Part shown: positions 9,531 through 19,632 of the stretch, one piece after another | Position numbering within the stretch: the first letter of the stretch is position 1 | Layout of the letters: every line of letters starts with the position of its first letter | Assembly (NCBI GenBank): GCA_046329535.1 | Contig: JAXLUN010000006.1 | Coordinates: forward strand, 72,429 to 136,428 | DNA: 64,000 nt | Origin: Chitinophagales bacterium | GTDB lineage: Bacteria > Bacteroidota > Bacteroidia > Chitinophagales > LD1 | Reading direction: 5' to 3' | Position numbers and translations under genes: made by a program | The notes under the pieces: generated by a model | What the model was told of the DNA's origin: nothing | Database searches by the model: none | Seen by the model: only the letters and a program-made list of their open reading frames with translations

Positions 9531-11335
9531 ATGCTAAATAATTACAAACAAAAACTTTTCACGGTTTTGCTTCTGACAATCAGCATAACGCAGTTTGCTC
9601 AAATTCCTAATGCCGGTTTTGAAAATTGGCATACGGCCGGCTTTCCAAGTTATAATGAACCAGATAATTGGGGAACTCTTAACTCTTCTACAGCCATCAT
9701 TTCTATTTTTACAGCGGAAAAGGCAAATCAGGCTAATTCACATAGTGGTACTTCTGCTATGAAGCTATCCACCCATTTTATTTCTTTCGCTAACCAAACG
9801 GCTCCTGGTATTATTGCAAGTTCCGGAGCGATTAATACAACTAATCAGAATGTTACAGGGGGCTTTCCTTTTTCATTTCGTTCCCCAGCGCTTAAGGGAT
9901 GGTATAAAGGAACTCCGGCTGTAAATGATAGTAGCCAGATAGAACTGACTATATGGAAATGGGATAACGTAAACCATGTGAGAATACAGTTGGCTGCAGA
10001 AAAGTTTACCACAAGTTCAACGGTTAATACTTATACTGAGTTTACTCTGCCAATCAATTATACTTTATCAGGTAATCCCGATAGTGCACTTATTCTTATA
10101 TCCTCCAGCAATACAGATAACCCGGTTGATGGAAGTGTATTTTATATTGATGATTTAGCTTTTGTGGACTGTAGTTCATTTACGGCTAGTACTTCATCAA
10201 CAAATTCGGTTTGTAACGCATCCAACGGTTCCGCCACGATTAATATAACAGGCGCAACTTCTTATAATTGGTCGAATAGCGGAACTAGTAGCACAATTGC
10301 AGGATTGGCGGCAGGAACATACACTGTAACCGCTACTGATGTCAATGGCTGTTCCGCTACTGCATCAGTGAACGTGGGAATAACCAATACAACAATCACA
10401 TCCACAGTTAGTACTACTACCTCTGCCTGCGGATCCGGTACGGGTACGGCAACTGTTACACCAACAAACGGAACATCTGTTTATTCATATTTGTGGAGTA
10501 ATGGAGGGAATGCAGCTAGCATTTCCAATGTTATTGCAGGAAGTTATCAGGTGACTATATCAGATGCTAATGGCTGTTCAAGAACAGCAGTAGCACAGTT
10601 ACTACACCTAACGGACCATCGGCAACTCAATTGACAAGTGATATTAGTTGTAATGGAAAAAAGAAAAGTAAAATCTGGGTATGAGTGTTCTGTTACTCTT
10701 ATCGGAGGAATTTGGCGCTATTACTTATCAGTGGAGTCCATCCCGTGCAACAAAGGATATTAGCGGGCTTTCTGCCGGTAATTATGCGTTGACAATTAGC
10801 GATGCTAATAATTGTTCCTTTAGTACAACCTGATTACCGAACCTGATTTGCTGACAGTTTCTTTATCAACTATTGATGCGACAACATCTACCGCATCGGA
10901 TGGTTCAGTAGTAGTTTAGCTATCAGGTGGGACAAGCGGGTATTCTTATTTATGGTCAAATTCCTCTTCGTCTTCTGAAATAAATGGAGTTGCGGCAGGT
11001 AACTATTGCCTAACCGTAACAGATAATAATCTTTGCACAGTCGGTGCATGTGCTGTGGTTAGTGCACCTTTAGTGCTCTGCAAACCTCCAACGATGTATT
11101 AAATGTTTATCCTAACCCGGCTGCCAATCAATTGCTAATTGACGCAATAAATTCGGGTGCTGGATGTGAGTTTTCTCTTTTCTCGATGGAAGGCAGACTA
11201 ATGAGTAACAAGAGTATTAGCGGAAAAAGAGTTCTTCTGGATATAAGTCAGTTACCCATAGGACTTTACACATATCAGTTTAGTAATCGTACTGTTGGTG
11301 CTGTTTATTATGGTAAGCTTGAAATCTTACGGTAA
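9531..11335 (+). pseudogene. SprB-repeat T9SS cargo gene, disrupted by stops and frameshifts between ~10590 and ~11131
   Basis: Intact for 367 aa (signal peptide, then SprB-type repeats such as CNASNGSATINITGATSYNWSN...TVTATDVNGCSA). Further SprB repeats are readable in shifting frames ([31 protein letters not shown]; LSGGTSGYSYLWSN...NYCLTVTDNNLC). An intact T9SS tail follows at 11132-11335 (VYPNPAANQLLI...GKLEILR). Confidence 0.75.
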
Positions 11336-11351
11336 AAGTAATTCAATTGCT

Positions 11352-11390
11352 AGGCAACGTCCGGTAATGTTACCGGACGTTGCCTTTTAT
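11352..11390 (+). terminator. rho-independent terminator
   Basis: Perfect 15-bp stem, AGGCAACGTCCGGTA (11352-11366) with TACCGGACGTTGCCT (11371-11385), followed by TTTTAT. Confidence 0.75.
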
Positions 11391-11561
11391 AGGTGTAACA
11401 GAAGACTGCTTTTGAGGAAGCCAATAGTTGTTTTTGATTTTTAAATCTCTGTGTGGTCATATTTTATAATTACCAGTTTGGAGTTACGCTTTGAACTTTC
11501 ATCTTTGAATCGCGGATAACGAATACTTATTTCATTATTCGAATTTTTGTAATCTCTGCTT

Positions 11562-13388
11562 ATGTGTGGTATTGCCGGATTTATTGACTTACAACTCTCT
11601 TCTGATTCCAAGCGGGATTTGAATTTCAAAATGCTGAATAAGATTCTGCACCGCGGGCCTGAGGCATCGAATGTGTTTGTTGATGGCCCTGTCTCATTAG
11701 GTCATAATCGGTTAAAGATTATTGACCTTTCCGATGAAGCCAATCAGCCTTTTGAATTCGATGATGTAGTCATTGTTTTTAACGGAGAAATCTATAACTA
11801 CCTGGAAATAAAAGCTGATTTAGAGTCTAAGGGTTTTCAGTTCAGAACCCATGGTGATACGGAGGTAATTTGTGCTGCATATAAGTGTTACGGGCAAAAT
11901 TGCGTAAATCTATTCATGGGTATGTGGGCTTTTGCCCTTTGGGATAAAACTAAACAAATGCTCTTTTGCTCAAGAGACCGTTTCGGTATTAAACCGTTCT
12001 ATTATATCACTCAAGGACAGAATTTTTATTTCGCATCTGAGTATAAGGCACTGAAACAATTACCTGTTTTTAGCAATCAGTTAAATCTACATCAACTGAA
12101 CCGAGGTTTGCAGATGGGATGGAGTGTGTTTGGTGATGAGACTTTATATGTAAGTGTATTGAGTTTAGAACCTGCATACAATCTCACTTGGCGGAGCGGC
12201 AAAATAGATATCGTACAATATTGGGACATTGATTTTACACGTCCACTCTCAAAGTTGTCGTGGGAAGAGAAGAAGGATAAATTTTATCAGTTGTTTAAAG
12301 ACTCCGTCAGGTTGCATTCACGGAGTGATGTGAATAATGGTACTTGTTTAAGTGGAGGTTTGGACTCTTCTTCTATTTCTTCTATGTATTCCACTTTATT
12401 GCCGGATACAAAGATTAAATCCTTCTCCGTGTTCTATGAAGATGATGTAGATGAACGCCCTTATGTGCGCGAGGTGATAAAGAAGTATCCGAATATTGAT
12501 CCGTATTATTTCTCCCCGTCTCAGCAGCAAATCACAGAAAGCTTTCATCAGGTTACTTATCATGCTGATGTACCCGTTTATGGCTCTGCTTATATTTCTC
12601 AGTATTTTTTAATGCAATTAGCCAAACGCGAAGGTGTTACCGTGGCTATTGATGGGCAGGGTGCTGATGAATATTTGGGCGGATATTTGCATTCCTTCTA
12701 TCGGGTAATCGGAGATATGTTTTCCTCAGCTAAGTTGCGAAAGGCTTTTAGTCTGCTCAATGCATTATCCGAGAGGGAAAAATTTACCGTTAAAAAGAAA
12801 AGAGATTTTTTACTAAAGAGTTTGGTTTCGGCTTTTAGTAATGAAAGCGTTATGTATAATTTAGAATACCGTCAACTTAATAGCTTACTCAACGAAAATA
12901 CAGATGAACTCTTTTTGCCATCAGCAACAAAAGATAAGTTCAATAATCTGTTGTATCACCTGTTGCTAAGTACTACTCTTCCTACGCTACTTCACTTCGA
13001 GGACCGAAACTCTATGGCTTTCTCTCTTGAATCAAGGGTGCCATTTCTCGATCATCGTTTAGTTGAGTTTGCTTTTACGTTGACCCGAGAAGACAGGATT
13101 AATGATAAAGCAGAAACAAAATACATTCTACGGGAAGCGTTAAAGCCCGTACTGCCAAAGGCGGTATATGAACGTAAAGACAAAAAAGGTTTTGTTACAC
13201 CCGGTGAGGTGAAGTGGCTTGGCGGCCCACTCAAGCATCTACTGGATATTGATTACAATCAATTTGATTGGATGAAACGTACTGAACTGAAAAGTATGGT
13301 GGCGCAATACAAGAAAGGAGATACCCGTAAAGCCGCTTTTGTTTGGCGTTTAGCGGCTACAGATTATTGGTTAAAGAACTTTAAGTAA
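11562..13388 (+). CDS. asnB: asparagine synthase (glutamine-hydrolysing)
   Basis: 608 aa with an MCGIAGF Ntn-amidotransferase start and an SGGLDSS pyrophosphatase loop. Confidence 0.9.
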   Translation: MCGIAGFIDLQLSSDSKRDLNFKMLNKILHRGPEASNVFVDGPVSLGHNRLKIIDLSDEANQPFEFDDVVIVFNGEIYNYLEIKADLESKGFQFRTHGDTEVICAAYKCYGQNCVNLFMGMWAFALWDKTKQMLFCSRDRFGIKPFYYITQGQNFYFASEYKALKQLPVFSNQLNLHQLNRGLQMGWSVFGDETLYVSVLSLEPAYNLTWRSGKIDIVQYWDIDFTRPLSKLSWEEKKDKFYQLFKDSVRLHSRSDVNNGTCLSGGLDSSSISSMYSTLLPDTKIKSFSVFYEDDVDERPYVREVIKKYPNIDPYYFSPSQQQITESFHQVTYHADVPVYGSAYISQYFLMQLAKREGVTVAIDGQGADEYLGGYLHSFYRVIGDMFSSAKLRKAFSLLNALSEREKFTVKKKRDFLLKSLVSAFSNESVMYNLEYRQLNSLLNENTDELFLPSATKDKFNNLLYHLLLSTTLPTLLHFEDRNSMAFSLESRVPFLDHRLVEFAFTLTREDRINDKAETKYILREALKPVLPKAVYERKDKKGFVTPGEVKWLGGPLKHLLDIDYNQFDWMKRTELKSMVAQYKKGDTRKAAFVWRLAATDYWLKNFK

Positions 13389-13397
13389 TTTGTGCCA

Positions 13398-13919
13398 ATG
13401 AATTTTGATGTTCTATCGTTACTCTTAATTAGTGCCAAGTCAATTGCCATTTATCTTTTTATTCTTTTGGCGCTTCGTTTGTTTGGTAAAAAAGAATTAG
13501 CACAACTAAGTGTGGTTGATTTGGTCTTTATTCTTCTAATCAGCAATTCGGTTCAAAACGCTATGGTAGGTTCTGACAACACATTGTTGGGGGGCATGGC
13601 AGCAGCTACCGGGTTATTTGTCATTAATTATATTTTCAAGTTATTGCTTAAAAAATTTCCCTCACTTAGCCATATTGTTCAGGGTGATGAGTTGATGCTT
13701 ATTTATAAGGGAAAAATTCTGAGATCACATCTGGATAAATCTATGATTACTCAAGAGGAATTACATGCTGCTGTTCGTGAACATGGCGTAGAATCAATTA
13801 AAGATGTTGACCTGGCTATTTTGGAAGTTGATGGAAACATAAGTGTACTTTCCAGAGACTTTCAGCATAAAAGTATGCGCAAACGAAAGGCTCATAAAGC
13901 GATACAAAAAAACAGCTAA
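13398..13919 (+). CDS. DUF421 (YetF-like) membrane protein
   Basis: The track start at 13392 is GTG, and ATG lies at 13398. It has N-terminal TM helices and a C-terminal ...ITQEELHAAVREHGVESIKDVDLAILEVDGNISVL typical of DUF421. Confidence 0.8.
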   Translation: MNFDVLSLLLISAKSIAIYLFILLALRLFGKKELAQLSVVDLVFILLISNSVQNAMVGSDNTLLGGMAAATGLFVINYIFKLLLKKFPSLSHIVQGDELMLIYKGKILRSHLDKSMITQEELHAAVREHGVESIKDVDLAILEVDGNISVLSRDFQHKSMRKRKAHKAIQKNS

Positions 13920-13928
13920 CTTAATTCA

Positions 13929-14447
13929 TCAAAGTTCTTCTGTAAACAGTTTCTTTAACTCTTTGCTATCATTCATTTTGAGACGATGTGCCAAAACAAG
14001 TCGAAGTTCTCTGCGAGCTAAAGCTGAATCAAACATTTTTATCTCAGCTTCTGTTTCCGGAACCAGCGAGATACTTTTTTTGGGTTTACCATTACTATCT
14101 AGAGCCACAAAAGTGTAATAAGCTTCATTGCACTTATAACGCGTTTGAGAGGGTAAGTTTTCAGCCCATACTTCAATATGGGTTTCCATAGAGGTATTGA
14201 ATACACGGGTTACTTTTGCGGTGATAGTTACCACATCTCCCAGTTTGATTGGGTTTTCGAATGATACATTATCTACGGATGCGGTAACAACCACTGCATT
14301 GGAATGCTTTCCGGCTGCAATAGCCGAGGCAATATCCATCCAGTGTAATATTTTACCTCCTCGTAAGTTTCCCAAAGCGTTCGTGTCATTGGGTAGCACT
14401 ATCTCGGTCATGATGATAGTGGATTCTTTTGGTGTTTTGCCTTGCAT
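13929..14447 (-). CDS. acyl-CoA thioesterase (hotdog fold, YciA/BFIT-like)
   Basis: 172 aa. It contains EIVLPNDTNALGNLRGGKILHWMD...VTASVDNVSFENPIKLGD. Confidence 0.85.
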   Translation of the reverse strand: MQGKTPKESTIIMTEIVLPNDTNALGNLRGGKILHWMDIASAIAAGKHSNAVVVTASVDNVSFENPIKLGDVVTITAKVTRVFNTSMETHIEVWAENLPSQTRYKCNEAYYTFVALDSNGKPKKSISLVPETEAEIKMFDSALARRELRLVLAHRLKMNDSKELKKLFTEEL

Positions 14448-16277
14448 TTATTCCTGTTTTGATGGTTTGGGTTTTCCGTAGTGAAATTCGTAAGCTGATG
14501 GAGCTTTTCTTAATTTATCAATAGTAATAGTACACTTTAAATTGTCAAGAGTCTGCTCATTGCTCTGTGAAGTAAACTTCATGCTGGTGCCAGAAAGGCG
14601 GTAATCTGCAATGCCATGTTCATAAAGAAATTTTACAATTCTCATGGCTCGCATCATCTCAGGCTTCAGATATCCTTTCTTTATCTTCTCTGGCATAGTT
14701 CTTCTGAAACCAGATAGGGAATCTAAAAAATGCATGACTGAATCATCTTTCACTTGGTTAAATTCAGATTCATCGGCATATCCGTTAACCTGTATGTTTA
14801 CGTCCTTGTTGATTTTTAAAAACTGTAAAAGGTTGTTCAACATGGTAAAGTTTTCATTTCCTTCCAGTTCTGTCACATTTTGCCTGTAGTAGAATTTGTA
14901 GTTTGCTACCTTTTCATCCACATCAGTAAAGAACGAGTCTACTTTAAGTGTTTCTCTATCGTCAGCACTGATTAGCAAGCCTGTTACATGTGGTGATTGA
15001 TTGAGATATTCAATCACAAAAGACCGCATTTGCCTTTCGGTAATGGTCATAAGCGTATCAGCAAGAAGAGGAAAGTAGGACTCATCTTTATAGGCCCAGT
15101 ATTTAATAATCCACTCTGCATAATCTTTCGACTTTTTCAAGTTTTCGTATTCGCGCTTGAATTGAAGTTTACCCGCATTCATCATGCTTTCATTTACCAG
15201 TGTTTTTTCCAAGCGTGCCATTTCTGTTGAAACTAACTCAATAGTTTGCTGCAAATACGCTTTGTCTGGCTGAACTATTACTCGCAACACTCCATTAAAG
15301 TTATTGCTTTCGTATTCAAAAGATAGTTTTTTACAACCCAACTTACTTGCTTTTACCTGGATAAAATTGTTTTTGTCATTCAGTATGGCACTCAACAGGT
15401 AGGCACAATAACTGGCTTGCTGGTTACTGCTGGTTCCCGGAAACTGCCAGTTTAATTGAAACTCCGGTTGTTCGTTCTCATCATTCATCACAAATTGTGA
15501 GGTATAAACCATGGGTCTCAGATCAATAATTTTTGTGATTGACTCCGGATCAAACTCGCTACGAATCAGATTGCTAAATCCCGCTTCGAACATTTGTTGG
15601 AAGGAAAAGTAAGACAAGGAACCGTATGCCGCCAATATTGCATTGTTAGGTACGTAATATTTGGCTTGATAAGCAGAGACTAGTTTGCTGTCTATGTTTT
15701 TAAACTCTTCGGCATTGCCCAGTGTGTTCAGTTTTTCAAAATCTTGTCGATATAGAATTCTTAATACCTTATTATGGAACTGCTTGTGTAAATTCATCGA
15801 GTCGGCCACAAATTCTTCACGAATTGATTGTTTAGCTCGGGTTATTTCACTTTCTGAAATATGACAGTTTAGGATAGAGTCGCACATCAACTTAAAACAG
15901 GCTGCAATATTATTAGTTGCAACATCGAATTTGTAAACAGCATGTTCTGTATTGGAGTAGGATGTAAATTTTGAATTATTGAAACTGATGTTAGAGCTTT
16001 TGCGCAAGTAAGAAGATACTTTCTCCGCAATTACATTTTGCAAAATGTTTGATATCCCACTCACCGAGTCAGGATCATACATGCTTCCTGTTTTGATATA
16101 CAGGCTCAGATCTGCGCGGGTTGTATTGCGTGAGTAAACCAGTAGTGCATTCATTCCGTTACCGGTTTTTACATAGGTTAAGTCGTTCTCTGTAATAGAT
16201 TCTGTTTGACTAAAAACAGGGCTTACAAACAGATGGGAAATAATGAGGGCACTGATTACTAAACGGATTTTACTCAT
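14448..16277 (-). CDS. secreted M16 (insulinase)-like protein lacking the zinc motif, with OmpA-like C-terminal region
   Basis: 609 aa with a signal peptide. GISNILQNVI occupies the position of the M16 HxxEH motif. The C-terminal NIQVNGYADESE...MRAMRIVKFLYEHGIADYRLSGTSMKF resembles an OmpA_C fold. The assignment is by eye only. Confidence 0.55.
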   Translation of the reverse strand: MSKIRLVISALIISHLFVSPVFSQTESITENDLTYVKTGNGMNALLVYSRNTTRADLSLYIKTGSMYDPDSVSGISNILQNVIAEKVSSYLRKSSNISFNNSKFTSYSNTEHAVYKFDVATNNIAACFKLMCDSILNCHISESEITRAKQSIREEFVADSMNLHKQFHNKVLRILYRQDFEKLNTLGNAEEFKNIDSKLVSAYQAKYYVPNNAILAAYGSLSYFSFQQMFEAGFSNLIRSEFDPESITKIIDLRPMVYTSQFVMNDENEQPEFQLNWQFPGTSSNQQASYCAYLLSAILNDKNNFIQVKASKLGCKKLSFEYESNNFNGVLRVIVQPDKAYLQQTIELVSTEMARLEKTLVNESMMNAGKLQFKREYENLKKSKDYAEWIIKYWAYKDESYFPLLADTLMTITERQMRSFVIEYLNQSPHVTGLLISADDRETLKVDSFFTDVDEKVANYKFYYRQNVTELEGNENFTMLNNLLQFLKINKDVNIQVNGYADESEFNQVKDDSVMHFLDSLSGFRRTMPEKIKKGYLKPEMMRAMRIVKFLYEHGIADYRLSGTSMKFTSQSNEQTLDNLKCTITIDKLRKAPSAYEFHYGKPKPSKQE

Positions 16278-16335
16278 GGTGCAAATTTTGGAAATACAAT
16301 TGTTTCTTTCAAATTTGTTTACAAAATATCAATCC

Positions 16336-16536
16336 ATGATCCGCATTATCTTTTTATCTGCTCTGTTTTTGTCGCTCGCAATCGGATTCTCTTCCTGCAA
16401 AAAATGCTATACCTGTGATTTTGGCAGTAATGATGTTCGTGAATTCTGTTCTAAGGACTTTCCTGACGGTACCGATGGACTAAAAATGACCGTAGAAGCA
16501 TACGAAGAGCAGGGGTATAAATGCACTGCAAAGTAG
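16336..16536 (+). CDS. small Cys-rich lipoprotein
   Basis: Internal Met of the track ORF 16243..16536. MIRIIFLSALFLSLAIGFSSC is a lipobox signal, followed by a 45-aa mature part with 5 further Cys. Confidence 0.5.
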   Translation: MIRIIFLSALFLSLAIGFSSCKKCYTCDFGSNDVREFCSKDFPDGTDGLKMTVEAYEEQGYKCTAK

Positions 16537-16590
16537 TTTATTATCATAGCCTGAACAGATAAAGTTATAGGGCTTAACAAATACTATGCT

Positions 16591-17313
16591 TTATTGGCTA
16601 TACAGATTTCTGATAACAACACTGGCACAGGTAATTCCAAATATGGCCGGCATATATGAAATAGTTCCGATGATTGATTTTTTAGTTGATCCTTCCGGGG
16701 CTAAAATCACTTTGCTTTTATCAGCCTGTTCTGTAGATGAAACAACCTGTATGCCTTCATAAATACCCAAACGGTGTAATCTTTTTCTTACGTAGTAGGC
16801 AAGATGGCAATTGTAGGTTTTTGATATGTCTGTTACTCTAACTCGCAAAGGGTCTACTTTTCCTCCGGCACCCATTGAGCTTACAATAGGTATTTTGTTG
16901 TCCAGACAGGCTTTGATAAAGAACACTTTAGGTGTAAGAGTATCAATGCAATCAACCGCGTAGTCAAATCTTGTTGACTCAACTATCCCTTCCACTTTAG
17001 GTCCTTTGAGGTATTCAGATATGATGGTTAAATCAATATCCGGGTTTACATCTCTGATACGTTCTCCCATAACCGTTGCTTTCAGTTTGCCCTCTGTTGA
17101 TCTTAAGGCTGGCACCTGACGGTTTCTATTACTGGCTTCAATATCATCTCCATCTACAATGGTCATTTTGCCTACACCCGCCCGAGCAATCATCTCGGCA
17201 CAGATACCTCCAACCCCACCCAACCCGACTACTAATACGTGAGCATCTCGTAGCTTGTCAATTTTTTCGGCACCCAGTAATAATTCTGTTCGCGACATCC
17301 AGTGTGGAATCAT
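16591..17313 (-). CDS. tcdA: tRNA threonylcarbamoyladenosine dehydratase (ThiF/E1-like)
   Basis: 240 aa. It contains VLVVGLGGVGGICAEMIARAGVGKMTIVDGDDIEASNRNRQ. Confidence 0.85.
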   Translation of the reverse strand: MIPHWMSRTELLLGAEKIDKLRDAHVLVVGLGGVGGICAEMIARAGVGKMTIVDGDDIEASNRNRQVPALRSTEGKLKATVMGERIRDVNPDIDLTIISEYLKGPKVEGIVESTRFDYAVDCIDTLTPKVFFIKACLDNKIPIVSSMGAGGKVDPLRVRVTDISKTYNCHLAYYVRKRLHRLGIYEGIQVVSSTEQADKSKVILAPEGSTKKSIIGTISYMPAIFGITCASVVIRNLYSQ

Positions 17314-17404
17314 AGAGATATTGTTTGGCGGAGATGTAATCAGCGTACGAATTTATAATAATTGAAACATGATTAAGCTCACCTGGAAGGACATGAGAAA
17401 AATC

Positions 17405-17423
17405 ATTTAGATTTAATCTAAAT
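17405..17423. promoter_or_regulatory. perfect 9+1+9 palindrome ATTTAGATTtAATCTAAAT (candidate operator 1)
   Basis: Read directly from the sequence. It lies 3 nt upstream of the -33 TTTG box. Confidence 0.4.
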
Positions 17424-17426
17424 AAG

Positions 17427-17457
17427 TTTGGATAATTGCCGTTGGCATATAGATTTG
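17427..17457 (+). promoter_or_regulatory. Bacteroidota sigma-A type promoter (TTTG-N19-TAGATTTG) for the DUF4856 operon
   Basis: TTTG at 17427-17430 and TAnnTTTG at 17450-17457, with a 19-nt spacer. ATG is at 17503. Confidence 0.45.
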
Positions 17458-17469
17458 CATAAAATTATT

Positions 17470-17488
17470 ATTTAGAAACAATCTAAAC
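17470..17488. promoter_or_regulatory. second copy of the palindrome, ATTTAGAaacaaTCTAAAC (candidate operator 2)
   Basis: Same ATTTAGA-N5-TCTAAA(T/C) architecture as site 1. It lies in the predicted 5' leader. Confidence 0.35.
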
Positions 17489-17502
17489 AAGCTCTATCTA
17501 CG

Positions 17503-18552
17503 ATGAAAAAACTGATTGCTATTACTTTTATCTTTTGCATTTTTCTAACTTTTCAGTCTTGTAAAAAAGATGCGAATAGTTATGATGTTCCAACAACTTA
17601 TAACTTCACTGATGTTGATTATAGCGGTCAAAAAATAAGGCTAGCTATGATTAACGAACTAGTGGCCGCAGTAAAAGCAGGAAGTACAGCTGGAACTATG
17701 CTGAATGCTCTGACTTTAAGAAATATGTATACCAACACAGGTAATCCATTTGTAAATGATACGCTGAACACTTCCGGTAAACAATTGAAGGATAAAACAT
17801 TTCCTGCAGATCAGACAACTATTGAGGCATGGATAGATAATGCCGCTTTAGCCAGTCAGGCAGGAGTTGCAGGTTCAAATGGTATTGCGGGTATTGTAAC
17901 CAGTGGAACCAAAGCATACTTGCTGGATGAAAACGGATTTGAGTATAAAGAAGGTGTGGAGAAGCATTTGCAGGGAGCATTGATATACTATCAAATGACA
18001 GCGGTTTATTTAAGCGAGGATAAAGTAGGTGCTCAGGTTGCTCTTGCAGACCGTCAACATTACTGGGATGAGGCTTTCGGTTATTATGGTGTACCTGTCG
18101 ACTATCCAACCAACCCGACTGGTCTGCAACATTTGGGTAAATATGGAAATGACAGAAATGCTTTATTGGGAAATGGAGCTGCGGTGATGAATGCATTTTT
18201 GAAAGGCAGAGCAGCTATTAATAACAACGACCATAGTACCGTAACAGAACAGGTGGCAATAATTAGGGATAATCTGGAAAGGGGAGTAGCCGGAACCGCG
18301 GTACATTACTTAAATGAAGCATTGGCTAATATTGGTGATGATGCTATTCGCAGCCATACTCTTTCCGAAGGATATTTTTTGATAAAGTCGTTGAAGTATA
18401 ATCCAACTAAGAAAATAAGTGATACACAGATTCAGTCTCTCATGAATTACTTGGGTACTAACTTTTACACTATCACTACTACTAATTTACAAGCTGCCAA
18501 AGATATGCTTAGTTCTATTTATGGTTTTGATTCAGTAAAAGACCAGTTATAA
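17503..18552 (+). CDS. DUF4856-like lipoprotein
   Basis: 349 aa with a lipobox (TFQSC). YDVPTTYNFTDVDYSGQKIRLAMINEL resembles DUF4856 proteins, which precede imelysin genes in Bacteroidota. Confidence 0.65.
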   Translation: MKKLIAITFIFCIFLTFQSCKKDANSYDVPTTYNFTDVDYSGQKIRLAMINELVAAVKAGSTAGTMLNALTLRNMYTNTGNPFVNDTLNTSGKQLKDKTFPADQTTIEAWIDNAALASQAGVAGSNGIAGIVTSGTKAYLLDENGFEYKEGVEKHLQGALIYYQMTAVYLSEDKVGAQVALADRQHYWDEAFGYYGVPVDYPTNPTGLQHLGKYGNDRNALLGNGAAVMNAFLKGRAAINNNDHSTVTEQVAIIRDNLERGVAGTAVHYLNEALANIGDDAIRSHTLSEGYFLIKSLKYNPTKKISDTQIQSLMNYLGTNFYTITTTNLQAAKDMLSSIYGFDSVKDQL

Positions 18553-18558
18553 TTGCAC

Positions 18559-19632
18559 ATGCACAAATACAACTGTCTGGCTTTGATAGCCTTTTTTATA
18601 TTAATTAGTAGCTGTAAACCCGGTAATGGCGGGGACAAATTTGATCGTTCAGGTATGCTTACCAATGTCGGTAACAGTGTAATCATTCCGGCACATGAAC
18701 AGTTTGAGGTGGCCATCAATCTGTTTAAGCAGCAGAAAGATTCTTTCGTTGCTAATCCTACTACTGCCTCATTAGACTCCTTGTTGGGCTCTTTTCTTTC
18801 AGCCTACGTAGCCTTTATGAAAGTTGAGACATATAGTTTTAGTCCTTCGGGTGAATTGCGAAATCTGAATGTTTTTGCAACAGATACCACTCAGATTAAT
18901 GCCAACATAGTGTCAGGTGTTTATGATTTAAACGCGGCTAATAATATTACTGCCAAAGGATTCCCGGCTATTGATTACTTATTATTCAGCCGTAACAGCA
19001 CAGAAACTGTCAGCTTGTTTACTACTGATGCTAATGCCAGTAAAAGGATTCAATATCTGGATAACTTAACCAGCGAAGTGGAAACAGTTGCGGTAAGTTC
19101 TGCCAATGCGTGGAGTAATTATTTGCCACAGTTTATCACTGCCTCAGGAACTGACGTAGGAAGTTCTGTAGGCATGTTAGTGAATGATATTTCTTTTCAG
19201 GTAGAGAGATGCAGAAGAGATAGAGTTGGAAATTCTCTAGGCTATATAGGTTTTGTTTCATCAGGAAATACAGACCCGCATTTGCTGGAAGGCTGTTATG
19301 TAAATTACTCTAAAGAGCTTTTACTGGCCAATCTGAGAGAGTTGAAAAACTTATATGAAGGAGGGGCTGGTAGTGGTTTTGATGACTACCTAGTATACCT
19401 GAACGCAGATTACAACGGTCAACCTCTTGCTCCGGCCATTTCTGCTCAGTTTGATTTAGTGATATTGAAGGCACAGAATGTCCCTGTAGATTTTTTAACT
19501 GCATTAAATACGCACAAACCAGAAATGGAATCACTCTTTCTGGAGTTAAAAAAGCTAACCGTTATGCTGAAAGTAGATATGAGCTCACAACTGGGAGTAA
19601 TTATCAATTATAGCGACAACGATGGTGACTAA
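18559..19632 (+). CDS. imelysin-family (peptidase M75-like / IrpA-like) lipoprotein
   Basis: ATG is 6 nt after the upstream stop. It has a lipobox (LISSC) and a four-helix-bundle-type sequence with GFPAIDYLLF. Confidence 0.7.
   Translation: MHKYNCLALIAFFILISSCKPGNGGDKFDRSGMLTNVGNSVIIPAHEQFEVAINLFKQQKDSFVANPTTASLDSLLGSFLSAYVAFMKVETYSFSPSGELRNLNVFATDTTQINANIVSGVYDLNAANNITAKGFPAIDYLLFSRNSTETVSLFTTDANASKRIQYLDNLTSEVETVAVSSANAWSNYLPQFITASGTDVGSSVGMLVNDISFQVERCRRDRVGNSLGYIGFVSSGNTDPHLLEGCYVNYSKELLLANLRELKNLYEGGAGSGFDDYLVYLNADYNGQPLAPAISAQFDLVILKAQNVPVDFLTALNTHKPEMESLFLELKKLTVMLKVDMSSQLGVIINYSDNDGD

Noticed and set aside
11562-13388. AsnB-like enzyme as a lasso-peptide or beta-lactam-type biosynthetic cyclase
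   Set aside because: No precursor peptide, transglutaminase-like protease or transporter lies nearby. The neighbours are unrelated (a pseudogene and a DUF421 gene), so it is most simply a housekeeping or accessory asparagine synthase.
16243-16335. N-terminal 31-aa extension of the small lipoprotein ORF that overlaps the start of the divergent 14448-16277 gene
   Set aside because: The internal Met at 16336 gives a clean lipoprotein signal peptide, so the extension is most likely untranslated.
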